Origin: Guillardia theta CCMP2712
Taxonomy: Eukaryota; Protista; Cryptophyta
Assembly: GCF_000315625.1 (NCBI RefSeq)
Contig: NW_005434669.1
Coordinates: forward strand, 1,087,245 to 1,151,244
DNA: 64,000 nucleotides
Reading direction: 5' to 3'
Shown here: positions 37,001-50,358 of the stretch, one piece after another
Position numbering within the stretch: position 1 is the stretch's first letter
Layout: the number at the start of each line of letters is the position of its first letter
Program-made: the position numbers and the translations under genes
Notes under the pieces: model-generated
Database searches by the model: none
Told to the model about the DNA's origin: nothing
The model's input: only the letters and a program-made list of their open reading frames with translations

Positions 37001-38173
37001 CCATGCCACACACGCGTACAAGATTGGACTCGCTCCCCTCCTCCCCAACAGATGTTGCTCGATCCTCTCTTGTTGCTATTCCTGTCTTGACCGGTGCCCA
37101 CTACTTCCAACCCTTTCCCTGTCATTTGCTCTAATCTCTCTCTCCTCTTCCTCCTTGTTCGCTTTTGCTCTCATTCTTTGCTCTCTTTCATCTATTCTTT
37201 CTGTCTTCCTCCTCATCTTCTCCTTCAGGGGCACCTCCAGCAGCTGGTTGACATGGGATTCCCTGAGGAGACGGCAAGAAAAGCGCTGATGGCAACGCAC
37301 AACGACGTAAGAATTGCTCTCTCCACTCTCCTCCTCCCCTCAACTCCCTCCTCTTTCATCCCCCTTTTCACTGCCTCCTCTTTCATCCGTCTTCTCTACT
37401 CCTTCCTCTCTCTTCTCTCCTGCTCCTCATCCCACTCGCTGTCGTGACAAGGTATGATCAGATTGAGTCTGCTGTCACATGGATTGAGGTGAATGGGAAC
37501 AGTGCCAACAAGTTCCACGAGTACAAAGAAGTGACTTCACCTCTCCCACGTTCATCGTTTGTTGACGCCGCTTGCAGATCTCGATGCTGACAACGGCAGA
37601 GGCTGCAGCGATAGAAGAGGAAGGAGGACGAGTGCAGCTGTTGGGCAAGGGAACCAACCCTGTGGAGCAGCTTATGTCTCTCGGTTTCTCCCGCCCTGAG
37701 GTGAAGAGATGCGAGGAGGAAGAGGAAGGAGATGGAGAGAGAAGAGTAAAGGAGCAGGAGGAGAACGATAGAGGAGGAGGAGAGGATGAGAAAGACTCAA
37801 AAAGGATGATAAGAATGGGAGAGAGGAGGAAGTAGAGGAGGGTAGGGAAAGGACATGGAGGGAAAGAAGGAGGGGGGAGAGGAGGGGGGAGAGGAGGGGG
37901 GGGAGGAATGGTTGGCTTACAACCTCTTGTCCTGATGGGGTTCTTTCAGGTCGAGAAGGCCTTGAGGAAGACGCAGGGCAGGGTGATGATGGCGGCTGAC
38001 CGGCTCTTGGAGAAGCAGAGCCTCATGGAGAGGAGGAAGGCGGAGAGCGAGAAGAAAGAAAAGGTGCAGGCGAAGCAGGTGACATGAAGTTGCTCTGGTC
38101 CCAGCTGAGTCAGTCAGCAGGGAGGTTTCTTCGCCTCGCTCCTCGGGTTCGGGTCGAAAGAAACCATCGCATG
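34069..38173 (+). CDS. Signal peptide + 3 PDZ + 2 UBA domain protein (multi-exon)
   Basis: Hydrophobic leader; PDZ1 [32 protein letters not shown]2 [25 protein letters not shown]3 [29 protein letters not shown]; UBA1 [35 protein letters not shown]2 [32 protein letters not shown]; ends [17 protein letters not shown]. Confidence 0.8.
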
Positions 38174-38174
38174 A

Positions 38175-38680
38175 CCCCGGGGTAACTTGAGCTCAGCCGC
38201 CAGCTGACTCGGCGAGGCCTCCAGACCGTCGGACCCGTCGGTCGGACGCGGCCGGCCTAGAGAGGTTCAACGATCAGACTCTGATCATCGCCGCCATCAT
38301 CGAGTCACCGCGGGCGGCCCGGCGGGGTCACGTTGCACAACGGCTCTTAGCGGCAGCGGCGTGGTGGCCCCGGGGCCGGGCGCGGAGTCACTGGCCACCT
38401 GGCAGTGGCGGCATAGTATGGCATGATAGGCTGAGCGGCCCGGGGTACCGTACTACGGACACGGCTCGGATGCCGCAGCACTGGCAGCCGGGCGGGCAGC
38501 CCGCTGACCAAGTTGCGTTGCCGGCCGAACGGCGCGCCAGGCGGGCAGCCGGGCGGCCTCAGGCTACGTGATCGGACGGTCGGCCGGGCGCCGGTGGGCC
38601 CGGCACGGCCCGATCATCGGATCCGATTTGAGTGCCGCTCAGTGTGCCACGGTGCGGCGGCCCGGCAGTGATGTCGTTCG
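38175..38680. promoter_or_regulatory. GC/CpG-rich intergenic island
   Basis: Starts right after the PDZ-UBA stop; GAGTCAC (38302, 38385), GATCATCGGATCCGA, CGGCCG. Confidence 0.55.
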
Positions 38681-39041
38681 ATTTGAATCAAAAAAAATCT
38701 ACTCTACATCTACAGAATCGCACTGATTCAGATAGAACCCGACCCCCTTCTCTTGTACCCCACCCCCTCTACACATTCTTCCTCGTTTTCAATGGACCCG
38801 TACACTTATCACCCTCACCCTCTCTGATTGGGCAGTACTTACAATCATGCTACCATTAGGGAGGGACACTACCCCTTATACCTCCATAACCCCTAGCTTA
38901 CCACCCACCTATCCCTTTTCATTCACCACCACTATAAAAATAGGACCCCCTACCCCCACTACCTCCGCCGGTCTAGTCCCCCGTTCAAGACCGCCATGCC
39001 CGCAGCAGAGACAGAGCGAAGGAGCGACATTCAGGGAGAGC

Positions 39042-42000
39042 ATGGAGCCGATAGAGTTGGCACAAGCTGCTAGGATGATTGCTATCTTCACTCTCAGCTT
39101 GCTGCACAAGATCTCCCACTACCTGCAGGCAGCTAACCCAACTATCGCATGCAGCTAACAATTCCATAGCGATGAAATCGCAGACGTCTAGTGAGACCAT
39201 CAAGTCTGGGACGCTTGTCCTAGCTTGATACTGCTCTGTTAGACATTGTAGGAAGATTCTGCGCTCGCGTATCATGCAAGTACTCAGATCGTGAAGCCAT
39301 GTCACGGTGCCATGCAAACGCATCAGCTCTACAAACTAGACAGAAGAAAGGAAATCATGTGGCCGAGTGGTATGCTGCAACTGTTGCAGTAATCTCAGGA
39401 GTGTGTGACAGCATTAGACTTGGGACATCCAGTGATCTTAGTCTCGGTGGATAGCTAGTTTGCTCATTGCCATCTAGCCGCAGGCTTGTTTCTTGCGCTC
39501 GAGCCAACAGGATTTGCCCCGCGGTTTGTTTCATCATTCTTCGATCCATGCTTCACTCGTGTCTGCTTTCATGATAAAACTCGCTAGACAAGCAGTTTCA
39601 TCACGCTTGAGATTGATTTCCTTAACCATGACCTGCTTGACAAGACCGAGAACACTAGAGGAGGATCGATTTTGATGTTTGATTGTCCTGATATTGTGTT
39701 CAGCAGCCTTTCATCCTTGTCTTGAAGTTCTCAAGCAAAACTTGAAAGTTAAAGAAACAAAGTGAGCGAGACTGAAGCTCTTGACCTCAACTGACGTGCA
39801 CGCACCGGCAGGGATGATATCACCGAAATGCATGATCTACTGCCGACTCCTTCTCGCTGGCATTGGAACCATTCTTCTCATCGTGGGTGTCTCTCTGCAA
39901 TTCGCTGCTGCTGGAAATCTCTACGGAATCCCGTAAGTGTGAGAAGCAAGAGCAGGCTCTGAACGCAGCCTTGTTTGTCTCTGACAGTTGCTTCCTGGCT
40001 GCTGATTGCTGTTTTTGACATGTGATGTTGATGACAGGTTGTCGAATATGTGTGAAGCTTACTCGGGGTCGAAGGAACTTTCTGATGCGCAGGTCCTGTG
40101 TGGATGTTTTGCTGCTCATTCATGTTGACTGACATTGTTGTCAGGCCTTCACCCAACTCATCAATACGGTACGCTGGTTTCCGCGCTTTTGTCATGTATT
40201 GTGTGCGAATCATTGAGGCTAGAACGTGGTCTGTTGGTCAACTTTTGTCGTCGTTGAGATAGTCATTCACATCGATTGAAAGATTGTTTCGTCTGAAGTT
40301 TGTCAGACATGCAAAACAGTCTCATAGGGTGCACAGGTTCTTCAACAGAGACAAGCATGCATTTCGTTGCCCAAGTGAGTATGAAGATTTCTTTGATGTT
40401 TCTGTTGTCATACTTGTGTGAAGTTTGAACATGTGCTGACTTTCTTCTCCTCTCTATCCTTCCTCTTCCTCGCTTCTTCTTTGTTTCTCCCTCTCCTTCG
40501 TGCTTCAGCGCAACGGAAATCATCGCTTGCTGTGAAGCCCACAGCCCCAACATCCCCGGAACCACATGGTACCTTTCAGGGTAAGAGGAGGCGAAGATAT
40601 GGCGCAGAGGTTATCTGATTCAATGCAGGATATGCGCGAAGCCATGGCTGACAGGGCTGTCACAGTACAACGTATGCATGCGCATAGCTCCCTATCTCCT
40701 CCTCTTCGTTCTCCGTTTTCTGCCTGCCATCCTCCCCTCTATCCGTTGTCTTTCCTTTTTTCACCTGCGGTTCGAAGGAATCCATGCCTCCGGCAGATAA
40801 GATAGAGCTCTTCACTGCAGTACGTCACTGTCGAGCTCCTCGGACCTTTCCTTTGATGTTCGATCCAGGTCCTCGGCGACTTCATTGGGGTTGCCGGTCC
40901 TGGGGATTACCTGATGGCCAACGCAGAGTTCTGGTGCAAGGTGATAAGAAATGAGCCTGATATAATGTCTCTTAAGCTCTCCGACAGAATTGTCCCAACG
41001 ATTACCGAAAGAATTGTCCGTTCGATCCTCCTCCTGCCAACCCCAACGAGGTATGAGGGAAAATGAACACAGTTGATTTGTGTCCAAGATTTCTTTCATA
41101 TCAGCTCAATGTTGCGTTGAACTTAGTTTGTCTGGGTTCGTCTGGTTTTGAGTTTTCACTCGACAAAGTTGTGCTGCTCTTGTTGTCTTGTGGAATTCCT
41201 GTCGTCACTTCTTTGATTCTTTTGTTTGCAGCCTGGATTTCAAAACAACAACCTTTGCGATTGCCCAGGAGGCTCTCTTTCCCAACCCGGACAGGTAAAA
41301 TTCAATCTGACCCGGTTCAGATTTCAATTTTCCTGTGAACGTCTGGAAAGTGTAAAATTGCCTTGTATCCTGTTTCCGTAATGTCTTGCGAAACCAACCT
41401 TTGACTTGAAATAATGATGCTCTGTCAATCCACTTCACCTTGAAGAGGAACATCTGAACAATGCCTGACTGCTGCGACAGGCTTTCTGGTCTATGGTTCA
41501 AGACTATGACTTGTCATCGACGTGATGAGTTTGCGATCGCGCAAGTAGAAACATAACACGTCATGTTGTGCAGCTACATCTTATGCTCGGACAAAGCCCG
41601 AGTCTACCGATCTTGGATCACTGCGTTGTTCCCCTCCTGGCCGAAGGTGAGGCGACAGCACGCTGTAAGAATTTGTTGATTCGTTCGAGCAGGATAACTT
41701 GGATCATGCTGAGCAACAATTCCTTGCAAAGTGCTGGCAGGTGAGTGAACTTCCTTCTCACTCAGCTATTAGGATTCTTGCCCACAGACTTGATAGATTG
41801 CATTCCCCCCCCCCCTCCGCAATCTCCTCCTCCCCCTCCCCCTCCCTCTCTTCCTCTCTCCCAGTCTCTAACCTATCGTTCAGGGAAAGTCTCCTCTGGG
41901 CTATATCCTCTCTGTCGGCCCAGGTAGAATTGAGGGAGGAAGGGAGGGAGGAGGAACAAAAAGATAACGATGTGGAGATGGAGGAGTGGGATATGATAAC

Positions 42001-43500
42001 ATTCGCAGTTCTTTCTATCTTTGCCTGCATCTTTTCTGTCGTTTCCATTTTCAAGTAAGCCTCCTCCTCCTCCTCCTCCTCCTCCTCCTCCTCCTCCTCC
42101 TCCTCCTCCTCCTCCTCCTCCTCACAATCTCATCTCAGGTACTTTGCCAACTCACCGATGTCGACTCTCGGCTTCAACTTTGCCATGCTCGGTGAGCGGC
42201 TCATCGTTCAGCGCTTCCATCCCCCCTCCTGTTCCTCCGCTCCTCTCTTCGTCCCTCCCTTGGGACAGAACCCTTGTCCTTCATCTGCTGACTGTCATGT
42301 GCAGCCGTTTCCTTGACTCTGGTCTCTTTCTGGCCTCTTTCCTTCACTGGTGCTGCAGGTACAAATCCGTTCTCGTTCTTTTTCCTCCTCTCATCCTTCC
42401 CTTCTCCCTCCTTCCCTCCTCCCTCCTCCTCCCTGCTTCCTCCTTATTCCCCACTCCTCGCTACTCTTCCTACCGCAACAGCTCCTGCTACTGCTGCTGC
42501 CCCTTGCTTCCCCCTCCTCCTCTTCACGATCTTCATCCCCTAGTCGCCTCCCATCTCTCAGACATGCTCATGCTTGCTCAGCTCTCGTCTCTCGCTACTA
42601 CTTCTGCTACGGACTCTCCGATCCCGTCGTCCTCAACGCCACCTCCAGCGCGCGATCGAGAGTGAGTTCACTCCTATCCCTCCCTCCTCCCTGACACTCT
42701 TCCCCTAATCTGCCCAACTCAAATGCTTCTCCCTGTGCTTGTTCCCGTCCTCCCTTCTCTCCTCGCCCTCCTCTCCCTCTCCATCATTTGGTTTCTCTGA
42801 TCTGCTCACTTGCTCCAGGCCGCGCCAACCTTCTTCAACGGAAACCCGTGCTTTGATCTGAACTCTGAGGGACAGGTATTCCCTGCTCGACCCTGCCTCC
42901 TCCTATCTCTCCGTCCTCCTCCTCCTCCCCTCCCCCTTGCCTTCTCCTAGATCATCATCATCGCCACCGCCTCCTCCCCCTCGCTTCCTGGCTTGAGGCT
43001 CTTCCTGACGGCAAGTCTCCAGCACAAGCCGAACCCATTCATCGGCCAGGTATGCCTTCCCCTCCCCTCCTCGCTCCCCTCACCTCTTCTCCTGTAGCTC
43101 GGCATCTACAACGCGGGCTACGTCAGCGGAGGGGTCCTAGTAGTGATCGCTTTGATCTGCATGCTTGCAGTCGTGTCCAAGGTCCCTCCCTCCCTCCTGA
43201 TCTCCACCTATCCCCTTTCGTCAATCTCCTCTCCCCTGCCCCGCCTTCCCCATCCATATCTTACCTCCTTGCATCTTCCCGGCCCCTTGCTCCGCCTCGC
43301 CCTGTTCCTTTCTCTATCATCCTCTTCTTTCAACCCCCCTCCCCCCCTCCTCTCCCTCCTCCTGACTCGTGAGGCAGAACGCGGAGGTTGTACTAGAGGA
43401 GAAGCTTTCGACGGAGCAGAACGGGGAGCAAGCAGCAGAACCAAAGAGCTGAGAAGAGAAGGACAAGACATGTTGCACGAATGTCACATGTTCGCAACAC
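39042..43500 (+). CDS. One or two multi-exon membrane-protein genes of unknown family; a small 3-4 TM protein may start near 41978
   Basis: Hydrophobic exons (DKVVLLLLSCGIPVVTSLILLFAAW; MITFAVLSIFACIFSVVSIFK; YVSGGVLVVIALICMLAVVSK) separated by GT-AG introns; no complete model could be built. Confidence 0.4.
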
Positions 43501-43612
43501 AATCTTCATCGTTGAAACTCCTTTGCAGTCACAAAATGCCTTGCTATCATAAAATTGTCGATATCCCCTTGAAACCTGACTTTCTGGCTCTTTCCTTGTC
43601 ATTTACACGTTC

Positions 43613-45783
43613 TCATTTCACAGCATGCAGCACTTCTCCTGTCCGGTCAAATTCCTTCACAATCTCAACAACGAGTTGTCCAACAGCCGCCTACTCGTCA
43701 TCAACATCAACCAGCAAGACAACTGCCTTACTTGAGCCTGGGTCGTCGCAGCTCCTATATGATGAGTACAAACAACACTGGGATGTGCGGCAAGCTTACT
43801 TGAAAAGTTTGCCTGTGAACGATCTCAACAAAGACATCTGATCAAACTTGGTGTCACTTCGGCAAGGGCAGGTTCATGTTGAAACACGTCAAGACCAGCC
43901 TGCAATTCTCTCAGCCAATCAACAACATAAGACATTCAGCATCACTCGAATGTTCTTCTTGTCCATAGCGCTCAGAAGAGCATCTTCGTCGATGACATTC
44001 CCCCTGCACCAAGGAGTTTGAGATGGAACATTCTCCTCTTCGCTTTCGTGCATCGATCCAACATCATTCTTGCATGTCCGGAACAACCAAAAAACGATTT
44101 TGAAAACAAAGATCCAACTTGCCTTGCAACGTTCACAAAGATTGCATCTTCTTGCATGGATTCAAAGAAACTTTGGTCCAACAGAGGCTTTTCCGTCGCT
44201 CCGACATGTACAGAAATCACATCTGCTTCCCTTGCAACTTGCAGCACGTCTTCGCAAACCTGAACAACAACCCTCAATCTCCTCATCGTAACATCTCACA
44301 AACATCCCACCAGGACATCCTCCTCCACATGCTTCAACGGGCTTCTGTTCCAGACCACCAACGACATCCCAAATCCGCGTGCTCTTGCTGCGACTTCCCT
44401 TCCTATCCTCCCGAACCCAATGATCCCCATCTTCCTCCCCTTCAGCCCTCTGCTCCTCCCTGAGTGCTTTCCCTTCCTCCACTTCCCCTCCTTCAACTCC
44501 CCCGTCTGCTCCACAATCCCCCGGTCACACGCGAGGATCAGCCCCCAAGTCAGCTCAGCCACCTGCATCTCCTTCAACCCTATCGCATTGCACCTCCCTC
44601 CTCCTCCTCCTCCTCCTCCGTTCCCCCAGCAATCCCCGCTGTCAGTCTATACTAGACACATCTATCCTCCCTCCCCTCCCTCCCCTCCCTCCCTCCTNNN
44701 NNNNNNNNNNNNNNNNNNNNNNNNNNNNNNNNNNNNNNNNNNNNNNNNNNNNNNNNNNNNNNNNNNNNNNNNNNNNNNNNNNNNNNNNNNNNNNNNNTAC
44801 TCCTCCCTCCCTCCCTCCCTCCCTCCCTCCTTTCCCCTTTCTCCCCCTCCCTCCTCCTCCATCTCTCCCTCACAGCGTCTGCGTTGGCTCCCGGGCAGTT
44901 GGCAACTTTGACTCCAGCCTGCCACAAGCGTGAGTATCCCTCCTCCTTTCCTCTCCTCTCCTCTCCTCTCCTCTGCTCTCCTCTCCTCTCCTCTCCTCTC
45001 CTTCTTGCCTTTCTAGCTGCATTCAAGTCGATGTTGTCAACTCCTGATCCCGCTCGTATCACAAGCTTCAAGCCCTGCAGACTGTCGAACACGTCTGCCG
45101 TCACCTGGCAAGATGAGATGTCAGACACAAACTTGTATGATTGTCTTGTTACCTTCGTCGATCTCACAACAAGCACGTTGACATCTCTTCCTCCCTCTTC
45201 TATGATCCCAATTGTTCCCAACGAAGGCTTGTAATCCACCTGTTCCATGTGATAAGCGCAACAAGCGAAGGAGCCACTGGTAGAAGGGGAGACGAGATCA
45301 AAGAGCATCAAAGCGTGCAACTACATCTGAGAAACTTTGGAGTTGTTCCAGGACTTGTTGCTCCATCTGCAAGAGGATCATCTAGAAACAAAGAAAACTT
45401 CGACTCCCACCTTGTCCGCTACAAGTATCCTGCAGTGGCCCGATTTCTCTACACGAGGATGAGCTTGCATGGCAGGGGCAAAAAATGAAACCTGTTACTG
45501 AAATTTCGCACTTTTCATCTCCTCCTTGTGGATGATGAGAGTGCAACAATGCCCTGCTCTCAACGACACTTGGGGGGGCTCGTAGGGGTCGAAACTTGAA
45601 TGCGGTCCATAGCCGTAAAGACTGAGCAGACCTGAAGGCTCCTCGTGGGACTGTGGAGAGGAAGGAGGAAGGGTTCCAGGAGACGGAAGGAGAGAGAAGA
45701 GAGGAGGAGGAGAGGAGGAAAAGGAGCTGGCGGCTGCTGCATGCGCGAAGAGAGGAACGCCATGCCGCCGGCCCCGCCGCCAT
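43613..45783 (-). CDS. D-isomer-specific 2-hydroxyacid dehydrogenase (D-3-phosphoglycerate dehydrogenase-like, no ACT domain), probably plastid-targeted
   Basis: LVVRSTKVT, IRAGSGVDNID, NCPGANADAVAEL, GIIGFGRIG, FVNVARG, GLDVFQHEP, THHIGAAT; leader LLFLLSSSSLLSPSVS|WNPSSF. Confidence 0.9.
44698..44797. other. Assembly gap (100 N) inside a (CCCT)n intron repeat
   Basis: Run of N flanked by CCCT repeats. Confidence 0.99.
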
Positions 45784-45793
45784 TGGCGATCTA

Positions 45794-46187
<394 letters not shown>

Positions 46188-46199
46188 TCAAGCCTTATC

Positions 46200-49100
46200 A
46201 TGAGCGGATCAAGAAATTCTGTTCATGCTGCAGCCGTTACTGAGGAGGAGGAGGAAGAGGAAGAGGAGTACGATGGCGAGGAGGAGGCTTTGAACGAGGA
46301 CTACTCGGTCGATGATTTCGCATCTGACGGTGGACGAGACGGGAGGACCAAGGGCTCTGACTACGTAAGGAGAAGCGAGGGCGAGGGGCAGGTTGTACAC
46401 CTGACCTGCGAGACATAGGTGGATGGAGATTCGGCAGAGCACTACTCCGACGACTCTCAAACTTCCTTGGCGTCTTCTCCTTCAGATGTGGTGGAAGACG
46501 ACGGGACCTCGTCGCAGTCTGACCACCTAGACGAGCTGGAGGGCGATGACGATGGCAACTCGGGTACTGTCTTGTGTGTAACGAAGAGAGGCAGTGATTG
46601 GTTGCTGGAATCAGTTATGGACGATTCAGATTCATACAAGGATGGTTTTCATTAGTGATTTCAAGGAAAGCTGACGTTGACTGCAGGGATACAAGGAATA
46701 CTATAAGGAGAATGATTCGCTGTTTCCTACCTGGCAGATCTTGAGCTTTGTAGACGACGATGAAGGGAGAGAGGATGTGGCGAGAGGGATTGCGGAGATA
46801 GAGGAGGAGAGGAGAAAGAAGGAGAGAGTGAAGCAAGTCAGACAAAGTCCTGTTTCCCTCCTGCACTTTCCTGTCTGGTCTGACGTCATCAACCGGATGG
46901 GAGAGATGGTTGAAAGCGCAACCCTGGACAAGAACTTCTGGTGTTCACCTGTGCTCTCCTTCTTGTTGCCTTGTGTGATTGGCATCATTGCAGGAAGCAA
47001 CGTTCAACGAGCGACTTGGATGAATGGACAGAAAACAGGTGAAGAATGACAACACTTTGTGAAGCAATAGTGCTGACGGCGTGAGAAGAGTGCGGGAGAA
47101 TAACATTGTTCTGCTCCTGTCAAGAGGAAACACGTTGGAAGCGATGGCTCAGTTACGAATATCGCTCCGTTTCCACCAGTCGCGCTGTGAAACAGATTAC
47201 AAGCAAGTTGCCAACATGTACGAAAGGTTCCTTTACCTCGGCAACCATGCGGCGGCAATGGCGATGGATCGAGGAGAGCTGTTGTACGCCTGGAAGATCA
47301 TCTCACTGGTGTGTTCGAGGGAGGAACCTTGTGCTTTCTCCTGATCTCTCCTCGTCTGCAGGTCAAGGAGGAAGAGGCTTCATGGCCATGCGGGAGAGGA
47401 ACATTGTTTCGGAATCACTGGGATCTTGTTGGGTTTACCCTCGTTATCATAGGTGATTTGTAGTCATATAGAGTGATTCTCCTGACCTGTTGGTTGAGTC
47501 TAATTTTTTTTTCTCCTTCTCCTCCTCCTCCTCCTCCTCCTCCTCTTCCTCTTCCTCTTCTTCCTCCTCCTCCTCCTACTACTACTACTACTCCCTCCTC
47601 AGCATCGCTATATTTCCGCAACAAGAGGGTCAGGCAGAGCATCAAGATCTTGAAAGGTGAAGAAATGACAAACGACTGCCCAGCAAGTGAAGGGTCTGCT
47701 AACAGATTGCATCAAACTCGAAGATCACGCAAAGAGATCTCTTGCATGTAGCAAGATAGCAAGAATCAACCTTGGGGCTGCTTGTTTGCAGGTACGCTGC
47801 TTCTCCGAACCCTCACCGTCCTCCCTCACTCGCTCATCGCCTTGCCCGTCTCCTCTTCTCCTCTTCTCTCTTCTCTCTTCTCTCTTCTCTCTTCTCTCCG
47901 CTCTTTCTTCTTTTGCCCTCTCCCTTCCTTCTCTCGTGGCCACTTCCTACTTTTATGTCCCATCCTTTTCTCTTTCTCCTTTCCTTTCGGTGGGTCTCGT
48001 CGGCGCATTTTCTTCTTTCACCTCAATCCCGTCATGTGCGAAAACGTGAAATCTTTTCTCATTCTCACAGGCTGGGTTGTCATGGGAGGCAGTTACAAGG
48101 TTGAAAGCTGCACTCAACATGTCGGAATCTAGTTTGCTCGACGACATCTCTCAAGCTAGTGTCTCTCGGGAGCTCTGCGGCTGCCTCTCTCAGTTCAAAG
48201 CGCTTCAGTTCAACAACTATGCTGACATCTCATCGGACGAGTGAGCATGCGGAAGATTTCTGCTTTGACCCCTGACAGATTTGTTTGTCTCCTCCTTCTA
48301 CTTCTCCTCCTCTTCCCTCTTTTTTCCACCTCCTTTCCCTCTCCTCGTTTTTCTCCTCTTTCCACTTTCACTTCTACTTCTCCTCCTCCTCCTCCTCTCG
48401 CTTCTCATCATTTTTCTTCTCCTCATCTTTGTCCCCCTCCCGTTCCCGCCGATCTTTCCCTTCCCCTCACCTCTCCTCCTCCTGCTTCCGCTTCTTCTCT
48501 TTACTCAGTGTGTTGGAAATGACCGCGCTGCTCAATCTCAGTTATGCCTACTTAAAAGTCGGCAAGGTAAACTGAAAACTCAACAAAATCTTCTGTAAAA
48601 CTTTCAACCTTGTCAGATCAAAAGTGCCAACAAGACGCTGGAAGAAATCCAAACTCACATCTCGACTCTCAACTCCCCGCATTCTCTTCCATCCTCATCT
48701 GCTCGCGCCTCCCTCCTCCACCGCTTCTCCAACTCCCTCCGATGGCTCTCACAGCAGGTGGACACGACGTGCATGCGCAACCAGCTCCCAGCAGCGGCAG
48801 CATCGCGATCATCGCCAGCCATGCACATGTGGAGCTCGAAGATGGACGACTGGGCGGTCAAGATGAGAAGATTCGATCCCAGCAGCAAGCTCAACTCCTC
48901 CACTCTCCTGATGTCTCACCTTCCTCGCTCGTACATGAGGTCTCGTGCTCCTGATGCTTGTCCTGCCCTCGTCCTCTCCCACTTCCACAACCCTTGTGCT
49001 CCTGCTTGTTCGCCTTGATCCTCGTCCTTGTTTTTGACATCATCTTGTTGTAGTGGGCCTGCTCCGAGTACATCCCGCCGCGATCAAGTTGAAGAGATCA

Positions 49101-49389
49101 TAAACAACGCCTCTCAAGGTTTAGACTCCTCTCCTTTCCTTCGTCTTGCCTCCCTCCTGTTTCTCCTCGTTCCCTCCCCTCCCCTCCTTCCCACTCCTCG
49201 CTCCCTCCTCTCCGCCTCTTCTCTCCTAGCCCTCCTCGCCTCCCTCCCACTTCTCTTTCTCACAGTTCTCCAGCTCCTTTCAAGCACATGATCGTGCAGC
49301 AGTTAGAGCACTCAGTGGTGAATGCTTCAGTCTCCTCCTTCTCTTCCTCTTTGAACTTCAACAGCAATCAAGTCAGCGACGGAAGTTGA
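46200..49389 (+). CDS. Acidic N-terminus + TPR-like helical protein of unknown function (multi-exon)
   Basis: MSGSRNS..EEEEEEEYDG acidic exons, then ENNIVLLLSRGNTLEAMAQLRISL, KIARINLGAACLQ, ALLNLSYAYLKVGK. Boundaries approximate. Confidence 0.55.
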
Positions 49390-50358
49390 AAGTGCAAGGG
49401 GAAGAAGACAGTCTTGATCAAACACCTCTGTACATGAGAGACATCAGGTTGAACTCATCATAGCTACTTTCCTCCTGCTCCTGCTCCTGCTCCTCCTCCT
49501 CCTCCTCCTCTTCCTTTCGCTCTCGTTCTACCAGTTGCCCTCCTACTCCGTTCCTCCACGGTCGTCTTACTGCCCCCCTCCCCCTCCTTCATTTTCCTCA
49601 CTGACCTGCGCTATGTCTGCATCCATCGCCCTTTCCTCTGGCTCATGTTTGTCTCAGTTTTCGATCATCGTCAGCGGCGTCGTTTCCAACCGCTGGATTC
49701 ATGTGATGAAGATTGAAACCTAAATGGGACATGACGATCCTGCTACAGGAAACCATGGCAGATTGTTCGGAAGAAATCTGCTCGTGATCGATCGAGTAAG
49801 GGCGGAAAGGGAGCGGGAGCAGGATAGGGCTGGGAGAGAGAGAGGGACAAGGAGAGGGCTGGGACAGGGACAGGAAGAGGGAGAGGGATGAAGGGACAGA
49901 GGAGAGGAGGGGAGGGTGGCAAGCGCAGAAAGGAGGAGGAGGCAACCGAAGTGATGGAATCATTGCGATGCTGCAGGTCATGCAAGTTCAGAGCAGATCG
50001 ACCGAGTGGACGGTAAGACTTTCACTTGACTGCTCCTGCGGCCATGACAGCATGACAGAGCTTGCGGGGAGTATACTACAAGATGTCGAAAGTTCGAGCT
50101 CCTGTGGGTGAGAAGAACATGACAGGGAGAAAAAGCAAGACAAGAGAAGTAACGCGTAACGAAGTGAATTTGAAATGTAAAGTATGAGCAACGTACGAAT
50201 TAATTGATTTCTGGCATGAACCCTCAGAGAGTGGGAAGTTGACGTGAAAACTCTTCATCACCATTTTATGCAAAAGACAACGTTGACAATCCGCATCATC
50301 TTGTCTCTTATCAACATGAATCGTGATTCTTTCAAATCATACAAAAACAACTCCATGC

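Noticed and set aside
3734-38173. Functional signalling cluster (IP3R, PDE, PDZ proteins, MYB)
   Set aside because: Mixed orientations and interleaved housekeeping genes; large families in a gene-dense genome can co-occur by chance.
49540-50200. Possible small minus-strand gene between the TPR-like gene and ycf23
   Set aside because: Intron-like repeats are present, but no consistent reading frame or motif could be assembled. If real, it would be another tandem junction lacking an island.
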